Below, piece by piece: positions 46,402-55,659 of a stretch of DNA of 64,000 bases. The notes under the pieces are model-generated. The model saw only the letters and a list, made by a program, of their open reading frames with translations. It was not told the origin of the DNA and did not search any database. Made by a program: the position numbers and the translations under genes. Location: assembly GCA_024635555.1 (NCBI GenBank), contig JAGXIO010000137.1:5986-69985 (forward strand), written 5' to 3'. Origin of the DNA: Saccharicrinis sp. (GTDB taxonomy: Bacteria > Bacteroidota > Bacteroidia > Bacteroidales > Marinilabiliaceae). The number at the start of each line of letters is the position of its first letter. Position 1 is the stretch's first letter.

Positions 46402-47529
46402 TTAAAGCACGAGATTGAATAAATACCCAAGAAGAATAATGAACAAGGTGATGGTACCAAAGAAAATACTTATCAGCTTCCACTTCATAACTTTCTTTAA
46501 TAAAGTTGCCTCCGGCAATGACAATCCTACTATAGCCATCATAAAAGCAATGGCTGTTCCAAGCGGTACTCCTTTAGCTACAAATACCTGGATGATAGGA
46601 ACTACACCAGCAGCATTCGCATACATGGGAACAGCGAGGATTACAGCTAGTGGAATGGCATACCATTTATCGGCTGATAAAAACTCTGTAAAGAAATATT
46701 CAGGAACGTAGCCATGCATGGCAGCTCCAATGGCAATTCCAATAATCACATACAAAAGCACTTTCCGAACAATATCCCATCCGTCTTTAATAATCGTTGG
46801 AAGACGGTCTATGAATGATGTTTTTTCACCATTCCATTCTTCATTTTCTTGTATAGCATTATCCTGTATTTGGCGTACCCAATCACTTAGATATTTATCC
46901 AGTTTAAGTTTTCCCAGGAAAAACCCACCCATCATACCCATTAAAATTCCCGATCCGGCATAGATGACAGTAGCCTTTATACCAAATAAACCTAAAAACA
47001 TGGCTACTGCTACCTCGTTCACCAAGGGAGAGGTTATCAGATAAGCAAAGGTTACTCCCAACGGAATGCCTCCTTTTACAAAACCAATAAACAAAGGGAT
47101 TGATGAGCAGGAACAAAATGGAGTGACGGCACCAAAAAATGAGGCAAAGAGATATTCCAGCCCATATATTTTTTTTGTTGTCAGATAAATCCGCAAACGA
47201 TCCACAGGGAAATAAGCATTTACAACTCCCATCAAACTGCTGATGAGGAATAGTAGAATTAAGATTTTAATAGTATCGTAAAAGAAAAAGTTGATTGCTT
47301 CCCCTAAGTGCGATTCGGGCTTGAGTTTTATTAAATCATAAGTAAATGAATCAACCAACAAAGGTAAATAGTGATACAGCGCTATCAAAAGTGGCAAAAC
47401 CGTTAAAATTAACAGCACTAGTTTTGTTTGATTTTTCTTTTTCTGATTTAATTTATTCTGACTTTCAAGAGCAAAAAAAGCACCTTCAGTTTTATCTCCA
47501 CTTTTTTTGAAAAAGTTAAATCTACTCAT
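46402..47529 (-). CDS. Predicted permease of the ArsP-like family (two-domain permease with vicinal Cys motif)
   Basis: AVTPFCSCSSIP motif and a polytopic duplicated structure. Sits in an ArsR-controlled operon. Confidence 0.65.
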   Translation of the reverse strand: MSRFNFFKKSGDKTEGAFFALESQNKLNQKKKNQTKLVLLILTVLPLLIALYHYLPLLVDSFTYDLIKLKPESHLGEAINFFFYDTIKILILLFLISSLMGVVNAYFPVDRLRIYLTTKKIYGLEYLFASFFGAVTPFCSCSSIPLFIGFVKGGIPLGVTFAYLITSPLVNEVAVAMFLGLFGIKATVIYAGSGILMGMMGGFFLGKLKLDKYLSDWVRQIQDNAIQENEEWNGEKTSFIDRLPTIIKDGWDIVRKVLLYVIIGIAIGAAMHGYVPEYFFTEFLSADKWYAIPLAVILAVPMYANAAGVVPIIQVFVAKGVPLGTAIAFMMAIVGLSLPEATLLKKVMKWKLISIFFGTITLFIILLGYLFNLVL

Positions 47530-47582
47530 TATTTATTTATTTGATTGTTCGTAAATAAGCGAACAGTATTGGTAAATTTTTT

Positions 47583-48281
47583 TTAGAAATAAATTGTGAA
47601 TATATAATATACCCCAACAACAATAAACGATAGAGCAACCACACGCCTAAACCATAGCTCAAAGGTTTTTAGTTTATTGTAAACATGGCCAAGAGAACCG
47701 ATGCTAAAAGCAATGAACCACGCAAAAATTATAACGGGAATACCTGTGGCAATAGCAAAAATAAATGGTAGAAATAATCCACTTGCATTGCTAACAGTTA
47801 AGGGCATCAGCATGCCAAAATATAGCACACCACTGTACGGGCAAAATGCTAATGCAAATACAATCCCCAAAAACAGAACACCCCAAAATCCACTATTTGA
47901 CTTATTTTCCATTTTCTCGGTTAAGAAACTAATACCGGGTATCTTTAGTTTTAAGACGCCAAGCATAAACAAACCGATTATAATCAAAAGCGGCCCCAAT
48001 AATTTTTCGCCCCACTCCTGAAAGAACCCCGCAAATTCGAATTGACTTGCCCCAAAAAAGAAAAGTAAACCAATGGCAGTATATGAAATTGCCCTACCCA
48101 AGGTATAAACCAAACCATTCACAAAAACCTTGCGCTGACTTTTAATATCTTTACTAATATAGCCTATGGCTGTAATATTAGTTGCCAATGGGCAGGGACT
48201 TATGGCAGTCATAAGTCCCAGAATAAATGCCGTGAATATTGGAAACTGCGATGTTTCCAGAAAGTTTTGTAATACTTCCAT
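47583..48281 (-). CDS. DsbD/CcdA-like (cytochrome c biogenesis TM region) membrane protein; resembles proteins I recall being labelled ArsG-family
   Basis: Six predicted TM helices with the AISPCPLATN motif. 2-nt gap to the upstream gene. Confidence 0.5.
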   Translation of the reverse strand: MEVLQNFLETSQFPIFTAFILGLMTAISPCPLATNITAIGYISKDIKSQRKVFVNGLVYTLGRAISYTAIGLLFFFGASQFEFAGFFQEWGEKLLGPLLIIIGLFMLGVLKLKIPGISFLTEKMENKSNSGFWGVLFLGIVFALAFCPYSGVLYFGMLMPLTVSNASGLFLPFIFAIATGIPVIIFAWFIAFSIGSLGHVYNKLKTFELWFRRVVALSFIVVGVYYIFTIYF

Positions 48282-48283
48282 TG

Positions 48284-48721
48284 TTACATCATTGAATCAA
48301 CAGTCGATTTAAGTTTTGCCTTAAATTTATCGGGATTAGTTCGTGCATTCATAAAAGCATCGTTGGTTAAATTAACAACCTTATCGTCTTTAATAATAAG
48401 TAGCGTTTGACCACTAATTTTATATTTTTCAATCATTGGGTTGTCTTTGTTTTCATCTCTGTTTATGGATTCAAAAGTTACTTTTTCGCCATAATATTCC
48501 TTAATTGCCTCCTTCGAAACGGCTTCCACAGCCTCACAAGTTGCGCAACGTCGGGATGCATGAAAATAATAGGCTTTTATTTCGCCTGTTTTTTGACTTA
48601 CAACGTCGGTTCCTTTTTCGGTACTTGAATTATCTGTAGCCGCGCTACTGCAACATTGTGCCGATACAGCAACTACCCCCATAAAAAGGATTAAAATTAA
48701 AGTGCTAATATTTTTTTTCAT
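48284..48721 (-). CDS. Secreted thioredoxin-fold CxxC protein; resembles proteins I recall being labelled ArsF-family
   Basis: Signal peptide and ASRRCATCEAVE (CxxC). Confidence 0.5.
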   Translation of the reverse strand: MKKNISTLILILFMGVVAVSAQCCSSAATDNSSTEKGTDVVSQKTGEIKAYYFHASRRCATCEAVEAVSKEAIKEYYGEKVTFESINRDENKDNPMIEKYKISGQTLLIIKDDKVVNLTNDAFMNARTNPDKFKAKLKSTVDSMM

Positions 48722-48740
48722 TTTGATTTTTTTAGATTGA

Positions 48741-48974
48741 TTATTTACTTAGTAATTTTGCTATTTCATCTACCGAGGGTACTCTTCCTTTAACCACTAT
48801 TTCGCCGTTCACAACCAAAGCAGGCGTGGTCATTACGCCAAAATTCATAATTTCAACAATGTCTTCCACCTTTGTTATGGTCGCATTTACTCCGGTTTTC
48901 TCAACCGCTTCTTTGGTCGCTTTTTCAAGTGACTTGCATTTTGAACATCCTGTGCCCAATACTTTGATTTCCAT
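48741..48974 (-). CDS. Small thioredoxin_3 / redox-active disulfide protein 2-like protein
   Basis: MEIKVLGTGCSKCKSLE...TTPALVVNGE. Start set to the internal ATG at 48974; the track ORF starts at 49004. Confidence 0.75.
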   Translation of the reverse strand: MEIKVLGTGCSKCKSLEKATKEAVEKTGVNATITKVEDIVEIMNFGVMTTPALVVNGEIVVKGRVPSVDEIAKLLSK

Positions 48975-49061
48975 GCCTGCAAGTTTTAAATTGTTTAAAT
49001 CCATGTTGTTGATATTTGGCGTTCGTCATTCGCAAAACAACGAACATTAGTAGTATTTTTT

Positions 49062-49361
49062 TTAGATATTTAAAAACTGTTTAAAGAGTTGTTGTGCTTC
49101 TTTCCAGTTTTCCTTATTTATACAATATTTTATACGGGGTGATTCAATTTCGCCCTGAATCAAACCTGCATCTTTTAATTCTTTCAGATGCTGTGATAAC
49201 GTTGATTTTGCAATGGGCAAATCATCGCTCAAATCGCCACTATAACAACAACTTTGATTCGAAAGCAATTCTAAAACATACATCCTTACCGGATGGCCCA
49301 TGGCCTTAGCGTAACGAGCTGCCCGCTTTTGTTTGTCCGTAGTAACTAATTTAGCACTCAT
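49062..49361 (-). CDS. arsR: ArsR/SmtB-family metalloregulator (paralog 2, vicinal Cys in helix 3)
   Basis: AMGHPVRMYVLELL...SCCYSGDLSDDL...STLSQHLKELK. Confidence 0.85.
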   Translation of the reverse strand: MSAKLVTTDKQKRAARYAKAMGHPVRMYVLELLSNQSCCYSGDLSDDLPIAKSTLSQHLKELKDAGLIQGEIESPRIKYCINKENWKEAQQLFKQFLNI

Positions 49362-49362
49362 G

Positions 49363-49384
49363 TTGTTCGTAATTTTACGAACAA
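49363..49384 (-). promoter_or_regulatory. Perfect 22-bp palindrome abutting the ArsR-2 start codon, candidate operator
   Basis: TTGTTCGTAA-TT-TTACGAACAA. Related TGTTCG/CGAACA inverted repeats occur at 47545-47564 and 49021-49045. Confidence 0.6.
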
Positions 49385-49450
49385 AGGTAATTGCTTTTTT
49401 TTAACTGCAAAATAATGATGGTGTTTTTGTGATGAGAGATGTAAAATTAA

Positions 49451-49483
49451 AACGAGGGCTTCGCTTAAAGCGAAACCCTCGTT
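49451..49483 (-). terminator. Hairpin terminator downstream of the nucleotide-sugar dehydrogenase gene
   Basis: AACGAGGGCTTCGCTT / AGCGAAACCCTCGTT. On the minus strand it is followed by TTAATTTT. Confidence 0.6.
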
Positions 49484-49659
49484 AAAAAATGGATATAAGT
49501 CGATTGTTAATACACCCCAGGCTTCCGCATGCCGCCATAGCTTTAGCGGAGGAGCAAAGCCTGGGTCTAGTTAAGGTTATTCTAAACAGAAAACCTTACA
49601 CATATTTTATCTAACTATCTCTTATCTAAATATCTATTGTCTAATTTTCTAACAGTCTA

Positions 49660-50949
49660 TTATAAGCTCCAATAAATCATATCTTTTATCTTATCTCTAA
49701 AACATCCTTTTATATCAATAAAAATGGCATTTTCGGTTGTAATACTTTTAAAATAAGCTTCATCTAGCCCTACATATTCCTTGTGGTTTACGGCCAAAAT
49801 AACGGCTGCATATTTTTCAGTTATTTCAGGTAGCAATCGGTATCCGTATTCTTCAAAAAGCTCCTCAGAATCAGCATAGGGATCCATCACGTCCACGTGG
49901 GCACTGTACGAAACCAGTTCTTTGTGCACATCGGCCACCTTGGAGTTACGTATATCACTTACGTTTTCCTTAAAGGTAGCACCCATAATCAATATTTTGG
50001 CGCCGTTAACTTTATGTCCGTTCCTTATTAATTTTTTAATAGCTGTTTGGGCTACGTAAGGACCCATGGAATCGTTGATAACTCTACCTCCATCGATTAT
50101 TTTTGAGTGATAACCTAGGGCATTGGCCTTGTAGGTAAGGTAATAGGGGTCAACACCTATACAGTGCCCACCTACCAATCCGGGGAAGAACTTAAGGAAA
50201 TTCCATTTTGTTCCGGCAGCTTCCAGTACTTCGTAGGTATTAATATCCATCCTGTCAAAAATCAAGGATAGCTCATTCATTAAAGCTATGTTGACATCGC
50301 GCTGGGTATTTTCAATAATCTTGGCCGCTTCGGCTACTTTAATGGAGCTGGCTTTGTATATGCCAGCTTTTATAATTGTTTCATATACACCGGCAATAAT
50401 CTTTAGCGACTCGGCATCACTGCCCGAAACAATTTTAAGAATTTTAGTTAAGGTATGCTCCTTGTCGCCTGGGTTTATTCTTTCGGGCGAGTAACCTACT
50501 TTAAAGTCTACGCCAAATTTAAGTCCCGATTCCTGTTCCAGGATTGGCACGCAATCGTCTTCTGTACAACCCGGATAAACCGTGGATTCAAACACGACGA
50601 TATCTCCTTTTTTCAAGGCTCTACCCACTGTTTTAGTGGCGCTGAGCAGAGGTGTTAAATTGGGGAGATTATGCTCATTGATGGGCGTAGGTACCGCCAC
50701 TACATGAAAGGTAGCTTCTTTTAGGTCGGCCACATTACAAGTAAACTTAATGTCGCAACCGTCAAAGGCCGTCTTGTCTAGCTCTTTGCTTGGGTCGATA
50801 GATTCCTTCATCAGGTCAACCCTGTCCTGCTTTATATCAAAGCCAATCACTTTCATTTTACGGGCAAATTCAAGCGCTATAGGCAAGCCCACATAGCCTA
50901 AGCCAATTACGGATAATTTTGTTTCCTTCTTTAATAGTTTATCTAACAT
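49660..50949 (-). CDS. Nucleotide-sugar 6-dehydrogenase (UDP-GlcNAc/GalNAc/ManNAc dehydrogenase group, TviB/WbpO-like)
   Basis: LSVIGLGYVGLP Rossmann fold and the catalytic Cys in LVGGHCIGVDPYY. Confidence 0.85.
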   Translation of the reverse strand: MLDKLLKKETKLSVIGLGYVGLPIALEFARKMKVIGFDIKQDRVDLMKESIDPSKELDKTAFDGCDIKFTCNVADLKEATFHVVAVPTPINEHNLPNLTPLLSATKTVGRALKKGDIVVFESTVYPGCTEDDCVPILEQESGLKFGVDFKVGYSPERINPGDKEHTLTKILKIVSGSDAESLKIIAGVYETIIKAGIYKASSIKVAEAAKIIENTQRDVNIALMNELSLIFDRMDINTYEVLEAAGTKWNFLKFFPGLVGGHCIGVDPYYLTYKANALGYHSKIIDGGRVINDSMGPYVAQTAIKKLIRNGHKVNGAKILIMGATFKENVSDIRNSKVADVHKELVSYSAHVDVMDPYADSEELFEEYGYRLLPEITEKYAAVILAVNHKEYVGLDEAYFKSITTENAIFIDIKGCFRDKIKDMIYWSL

Positions 50950-51103
50950 AGTGTGATGATTTTGCGAATTTTGCCCTAAATTGGAATTAATATTTTATGT
51001 ATGCTAACATTTTTTGAAGACTGTACTTTTTCTTTTGACTTATCAATCAATCAAGAGGACGGACAAAATCATTTTAATTCAATCCCTTTTGAGATAGCTC
51101 AGT

Positions 51104-52747
51104 TTAAAACCCAAAATTTAAACCTAAAACAAGCATCATGTCGTCATTAAAATACGGTGCTGGGGTATAAAGTTGCGTATCCGGACCATTCAGATTATAA
51201 CTTTCTAATTCAGTATAAATATAGGCATCGTTAATAATCTGATATTGAGCTTTTAGTTTAATAGCACTTTTTTTATACCTCACATTTTGCATAAATGCAT
51301 ATCCGGTGCGGCCATCGCCCCACAAATTTTCTATCGCCCCGGTTTCTTCCAATATTTTCTGATGATCTTCTCCTTTTCTAAAATAGGTATAGGACAGGTC
51401 TATATCCAAACCTCTAATTGGTTTATATCGTACCGAGAGATACAGTTCGTCGGCATTATCCTTTAAATAATGCCCCAGTGTATAATTATTACTCTCGTAA
51501 GTCAAAGACTCAATAAAATGGGTGTAGGCAAAGGGTTTGGTATGGGTATATTCGGCAGTAACACTTAGGTTTGACAACACATCTGTTACCCTAGCTCCTA
51601 TTTTAATACTGATAAAATTGGATTGCTTTTCGGTATTAAACATGTTAGTAGTGGATATCTCATCGATAAAAACTCCTGTATATAAATGTGTTTTTTTTAT
51701 TTGCCGGCTACTTAGGTCAAAAAACATTTGGGTATTGTGGCCTGCACTATTTCTGGATCCATTATAACTATGATCTACCGATTTATAAAACAAAAACGGG
51801 ATGAGATAAGCCGCGTTTATATTGCCATCGCTATAAATAATACTATTTCCGAACGACAGATAGAGTTTTTTCCAGGGTTGTATTGTTATAAGGTTGCTGG
51901 CTATGTATTTGTTGGCAAAAACCCGGCGTGTATCGTTATATAAATTGTACGATGCCGAACTATCCTCCACCTCGGAGGCCAACCAACCATGAAAATAGTT
52001 AAACTCCAACCATTTTACGGGCTTTAAATTAAATTTGATATGGGCAAAACTGGGCGTGTTGCCCGAAAAGATGTGAGCTCCATTGTAATTATTTCCCCAG
52101 GTAAAATGGTCTTTAACCAGCCCAATGCTACCTGTGCGCCAACTGTACACAATACCGCCACGCGTTTCGCTGTAATCCTTTTTATTTGCTCCCAATTTAT
52201 AAACTGCACCTCTATGTTGAGTGAGGTACTGGGGATCGGCCAGACCAGTGCTCTCATAATTATCGCGGAGGCTACCATATAATGCCAGATTATTACCCAT
52301 TGTAGCATAAAACTCTGCCCCGTTCCATCTGTGTTGTTCAAAGCCATTTGAATTTAAGTAAGCCCTCCCTCCCAAAATAATGTTGGTCGAAAATTTAAAG
52401 GTTGTATCGCTATGATAAAATACATCAAAGCGCTTTTTAAAATTCTTGTCGTTATGCAGCTCTTTATTAAAATCTTTGAGGTAAAATGCAACTTCTTGTT
52501 TTTGACGAGAGTTAAGCTCCATGCTTTTTTCGGCTTGAGCTAGGAACTCTGCTATTTGCATACGGCTATAAGGCTTAACGCTACTATTTAAGTTGATGAC
52601 ACCATTATTGGCCAGTTCGTCAATAAAATCATAAACCACCTCATTGTCGATATGATAAGGCACCTGTTGGGCTGATATTGAGCCGAATGAAAAAATAGCA
52701 AATAAAAAGAGGTAAAGGAGAGGAAACAGTCGCAGTTTTATCATCAT
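51104..52747 (-). CDS. Capsule-assembly Wzi-like outer-membrane protein
   Basis: Signal peptide MMIKLRLFPLLYLFLFAIFSFGSISAQQ. N-terminal YDFIDELANNGVI...PYSRMQIAEFL helix bundle, then a large barrel ending in LGLNFGF. Start set to 52747. Confidence 0.5.
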   Translation of the reverse strand: MMIKLRLFPLLYLFLFAIFSFGSISAQQVPYHIDNEVVYDFIDELANNGVINLNSSVKPYSRMQIAEFLAQAEKSMELNSRQKQEVAFYLKDFNKELHNDKNFKKRFDVFYHSDTTFKFSTNIILGGRAYLNSNGFEQHRWNGAEFYATMGNNLALYGSLRDNYESTGLADPQYLTQHRGAVYKLGANKKDYSETRGGIVYSWRTGSIGLVKDHFTWGNNYNGAHIFSGNTPSFAHIKFNLKPVKWLEFNYFHGWLASEVEDSSASYNLYNDTRRVFANKYIASNLITIQPWKKLYLSFGNSIIYSDGNINAAYLIPFLFYKSVDHSYNGSRNSAGHNTQMFFDLSSRQIKKTHLYTGVFIDEISTTNMFNTEKQSNFISIKIGARVTDVLSNLSVTAEYTHTKPFAYTHFIESLTYESNNYTLGHYLKDNADELYLSVRYKPIRGLDIDLSYTYFRKGEDHQKILEETGAIENLWGDGRTGYAFMQNVRYKKSAIKLKAQYQIINDAYIYTELESYNLNGPDTQLYTPAPYFNDDMMLVLGLNFGF

Positions 52748-52793
52748 GAAGGGTATTGCATTAAGACTTTTATGAGCATATTGCCAACTAGTT

Positions 52794-53132
52794 TTAATTG
52801 GCTTCCAAGTAGTCTTCAATTTCTTTTTTCAATTTGGGTAAATGTTTTGAAATTATTCCCCAAATTACAACGTCATCAACCTTATCGTAACCGTGAATAA
52901 CCCAATTTCTTGTATCAACAATAAGTCGTGCATTTTCAATTGGAAGATTTGAATCAAGTTTTAATGCTCGATTCATTGCTTCACCAATTATTTCTAATTC
53001 TCTCTCAATACCACGTCGAAGCAACTTATTATTTTGATAATCAAAAAAATTTCTCTCCTCTCCCAAATAATCATTGATTGAGTCAAGTGAAGTTTTAACG
53101 TCAAAAAGATACTTTTTTATTTTACGCTTCAT
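52794..53132 (-). CDS. hepT: HepT-like HEPN ribonuclease toxin (DUF86), type VII TA
   Basis: Rx4HxY motif RNWVIHGY. Confidence 0.85.
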   Translation of the reverse strand: MKRKIKKYLFDVKTSLDSINDYLGEERNFFDYQNNKLLRRGIERELEIIGEAMNRALKLDSNLPIENARLIVDTRNWVIHGYDKVDDVVIWGIISKHLPKLKKEIEDYLEAN

Positions 53133-53430
53133 AGATTAATTCTTTCGATTCATTGACACTTTCAATGAAATATGGATTTGACAAAGTATTCTCAGTTACA
53201 ATGTCTATTTCTCTATCAAAAAGCTCTCTTAATCTGTAATGAAGAGTAAAGAAATTATCAGCGTACTCTTCATGCGTTAAGTTTTCAGCGAAGGAAATAA
53301 GAAAATCTATGTCGCTGTCATCTCTAAATTTTCCTGTAACAGCTGAACCAAAAACATATAATCTTTTGACATCCAGCAATTGACATATACGCTTTAAATC
53401 CTCTTTCTTATTTGCCAAAAATGATTGCAT
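53122..53430 (-). CDS. mntA: MntA-like minimal nucleotidyltransferase antitoxin
   Basis: FGSAVTGKFRDDSDIDFL (GSx3Gx5SDxD). 11-nt overlap with hepT. Confidence 0.85.
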   Translation of the reverse strand: MQSFLANKKEDLKRICQLLDVKRLYVFGSAVTGKFRDDSDIDFLISFAENLTHEEYADNFFTLHYRLRELFDREIDIVTENTLSNPYFIESVNESKELIYEA

Positions 53431-53468
53431 CGTCTTTTTATTTCAAATGTAAGAAATTCCCTTAATAT

Positions 53469-54416
53469 TTAGTTCTTTCTATGCTTGTTTGCAACGTTCC
53501 TATATACCTCTAGAAGTCGTTCTGAAATACAATCTACGTCCATATGTATCACCTTATCCCGGCCATTGGTTCTCTTCCCAAATTGCAAAGCTGTGTCCAA
53601 CGCAGCGGCTATTTCTTCAGGGTCGGCAGGCACAATAAAACATCCATCCACACCTCTGGTAATATCGGCCACATCGCCTACATCTGTGGAAACAATGGGT
53701 AAAGAACAGGCCATAGCTTCCTTGACTACGTTGGGCGAGCCCTCCCATTTTGAGGTTACCAAAAGCACATCGGCTGCATAATAGTAAAAAGGCACCTTGT
53801 CTATTTCTACATTATTCACAATGGTAAGCTCCACATCTTCCGCATCTATGTACGAAAAGGCTTCGCGAGCCAGTGCAAAGTTTTTTTCTTTACGCTGCGG
53901 ATCAGAAACCCATAGCACATGTGCCGAGGCGTTAAAGCCGGCTTGATGACGGGCTATTTCCCTATCGATAGGTTTAAAACGGCTGAAATTGATGCCATTG
54001 GGAATAATTTGGGATGATCTAATACGAAGGTTATTGTACATCTTTTGCGACTTAACAATAGTATAATCCCAAAATAACCGGGCAATGGAAGACGTAATCC
54101 ATGAGGTCATCTTCTCTAAGCGGTAATCGGAACCCATGAGGGAGACCACCAGTGGCTTTGGGCTAGCCAAGGCACAAGTAATACCTGAGTATCCAAACTG
54201 GGCATGTACAATATCGTAATTGCCCGATTTTATAAATTTACGAAGTGCAGGTATGTGCTTTAAATACGGCCAAAAACCAAGCCCAGAAATATCATAGTAT
54301 TCAACAGAACAACCTGTTCTCACAATTGATTCACCCTGGGTTTTCACTAAATGGGTACGAGCCTGAATGTCCTGACTACTATATACAAAAAGAATTTTTA
54401 TCTTATCCAAATCCAC
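53469..54416 (-). CDS. Glycosyltransferase, GT4 (group 1) family
   Basis: EX7E motif in SKWEGSPNVVKEAMA. Confidence 0.75.
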   Translation of the reverse strand: MDLDKIKILFVYSSQDIQARTHLVKTQGESIVRTGCSVEYYDISGLGFWPYLKHIPALRKFIKSGNYDIVHAQFGYSGITCALASPKPLVVSLMGSDYRLEKMTSWITSSIARLFWDYTIVKSQKMYNNLRIRSSQIIPNGINFSRFKPIDREIARHQAGFNASAHVLWVSDPQRKEKNFALAREAFSYIDAEDVELTIVNNVEIDKVPFYYYAADVLLVTSKWEGSPNVVKEAMACSLPIVSTDVGDVADITRGVDGCFIVPADPEEIAAALDTALQFGKRTNGRDKVIHMDVDCISERLLEVYRNVANKHRKN

Positions 54417-54581
54417 GGTTCAATGTTTATACAATCGTAAAAATAACAATATTAGTTATAAAACAAGAGTATGATGCATACAATTGCAAATAAAACCAAA
54501 GCACGAAACCTTTAACCCCTTCTCTTCGTACCAAAAGTTTTAATTATTCAAACTTATTTATAACAAATTAATTATTGGAGC

Positions 54582-55589
54582 ATGAAAAAACTTTTACTTA
54601 TCATAGGCATAGGTCTTTTTTTTGGCAGCAGCTATGCACAGGACATGGCAGATAAAAAGGAGGATGTATTTAAGGGCATTAAAAAGGTAATGATAGATGC
54701 CGATTTTTGCACCTTAAAAATGATAGGACACGATAGCAACGATGTTGTTTTTAACGGCATCCTCGAATCAAATGAAAACAACGAAGCATATCATTTCGAG
54801 ATACTTCAACAACAGGATACCTTGCGCATTAATGTGATAAAACCTGAGAATTGGATCTCGCATTGGGGCGAGCTTACACTGATGCTGCCCATAGGCCTAA
54901 ACGTAGAAGTGACTACCCAATCGGGGAAGGTTGAAGCGAAAGGGTTAAAAGAGGTAAATTTAAATATTGTATCGAAATCGGGACATGTATATTTAACGGA
55001 TTTACAAGGAAACACATCAGTAGATACTCCCGTGGGAAATCTAACGGTAAACAATTTTACGGGAGAACTAAAAAGCAGAACAAAAACAGGAACTGTTCAC
55101 GTTAAAATGTTAACAGGAAATGCCGATATAGGTTGTAACAAAGGACTAATCAGCATATCGGATGTGAAAGGCAAATTATTTGTGGATGGCGGAGAAGGAA
55201 ATCTGGAAGTGGAAAAAGCAGAGGGCGACATTACGCTAAAATCAACCAGCGGAAGCACCAAAATCTCTATTGCCAGTGGAAACATCATTTGCAAATCGTT
55301 TAACGGGGACATGAAGTTATTCAACACAACAGGTGTTTACGAAATACAAACATCAACCGGAAACATTGTGGGCACAAGGGTAGGGCTGAACGCCTCATCG
55401 ACCTTTACTACAACCGAAGGTAATATCAAAATGCAATTGGACACAAAAGACAACCTAATGTTTGAGTTAAATTCAGACAATGCTTATTTAAGAGCCATGG
55501 AAAAATCCAAGAAAAAATCGCTTAAAATAGGAAAAGGCGAAATTGTAATTACCGGAACCAGCACAACCGGAAGTCAGGCGTATTATTAA
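54582..55589 (+). CDS. DUF4097-like beta-helical repeat protein (putative adhesin), secreted
   Basis: Signal peptide and many repeats of the type T.sG.i.v..l.G.l. Confidence 0.5.
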   Translation: MKKLLLIIGIGLFFGSSYAQDMADKKEDVFKGIKKVMIDADFCTLKMIGHDSNDVVFNGILESNENNEAYHFEILQQQDTLRINVIKPENWISHWGELTLMLPIGLNVEVTTQSGKVEAKGLKEVNLNIVSKSGHVYLTDLQGNTSVDTPVGNLTVNNFTGELKSRTKTGTVHVKMLTGNADIGCNKGLISISDVKGKLFVDGGEGNLEVEKAEGDITLKSTSGSTKISIASGNIICKSFNGDMKLFNTTGVYEIQTSTGNIVGTRVGLNASSTFTTTEGNIKMQLDTKDNLMFELNSDNAYLRAMEKSKKKSLKIGKGEIVITGTSTTGSQAYY

Positions 55590-55635
55590 ACTACAAAAGC
55601 TATCCCGTGGAAATACGGGATAGCTTTTGTAGTTT
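55588..55635. terminator. Bidirectional terminator with 21-bp perfect stem between convergent genes
   Basis: AAACTACAAAAGCTATCCCGT-GGAAAT-ACGGGATAGCTTTTGTAGTTT. Confidence 0.85.
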
Positions 55636-55659
55636 AAATTTTTTGTTATTTCTGTCAGG

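Noticed and set aside
52748-52819. Upstream extension of the Wzi-like ORF overlapping hepT
   Set aside because: The signal peptide begins at the MM at 52747. The extension would overlap the hepT 3' end by 26 nt and would put a non-signal sequence before the signal peptide.
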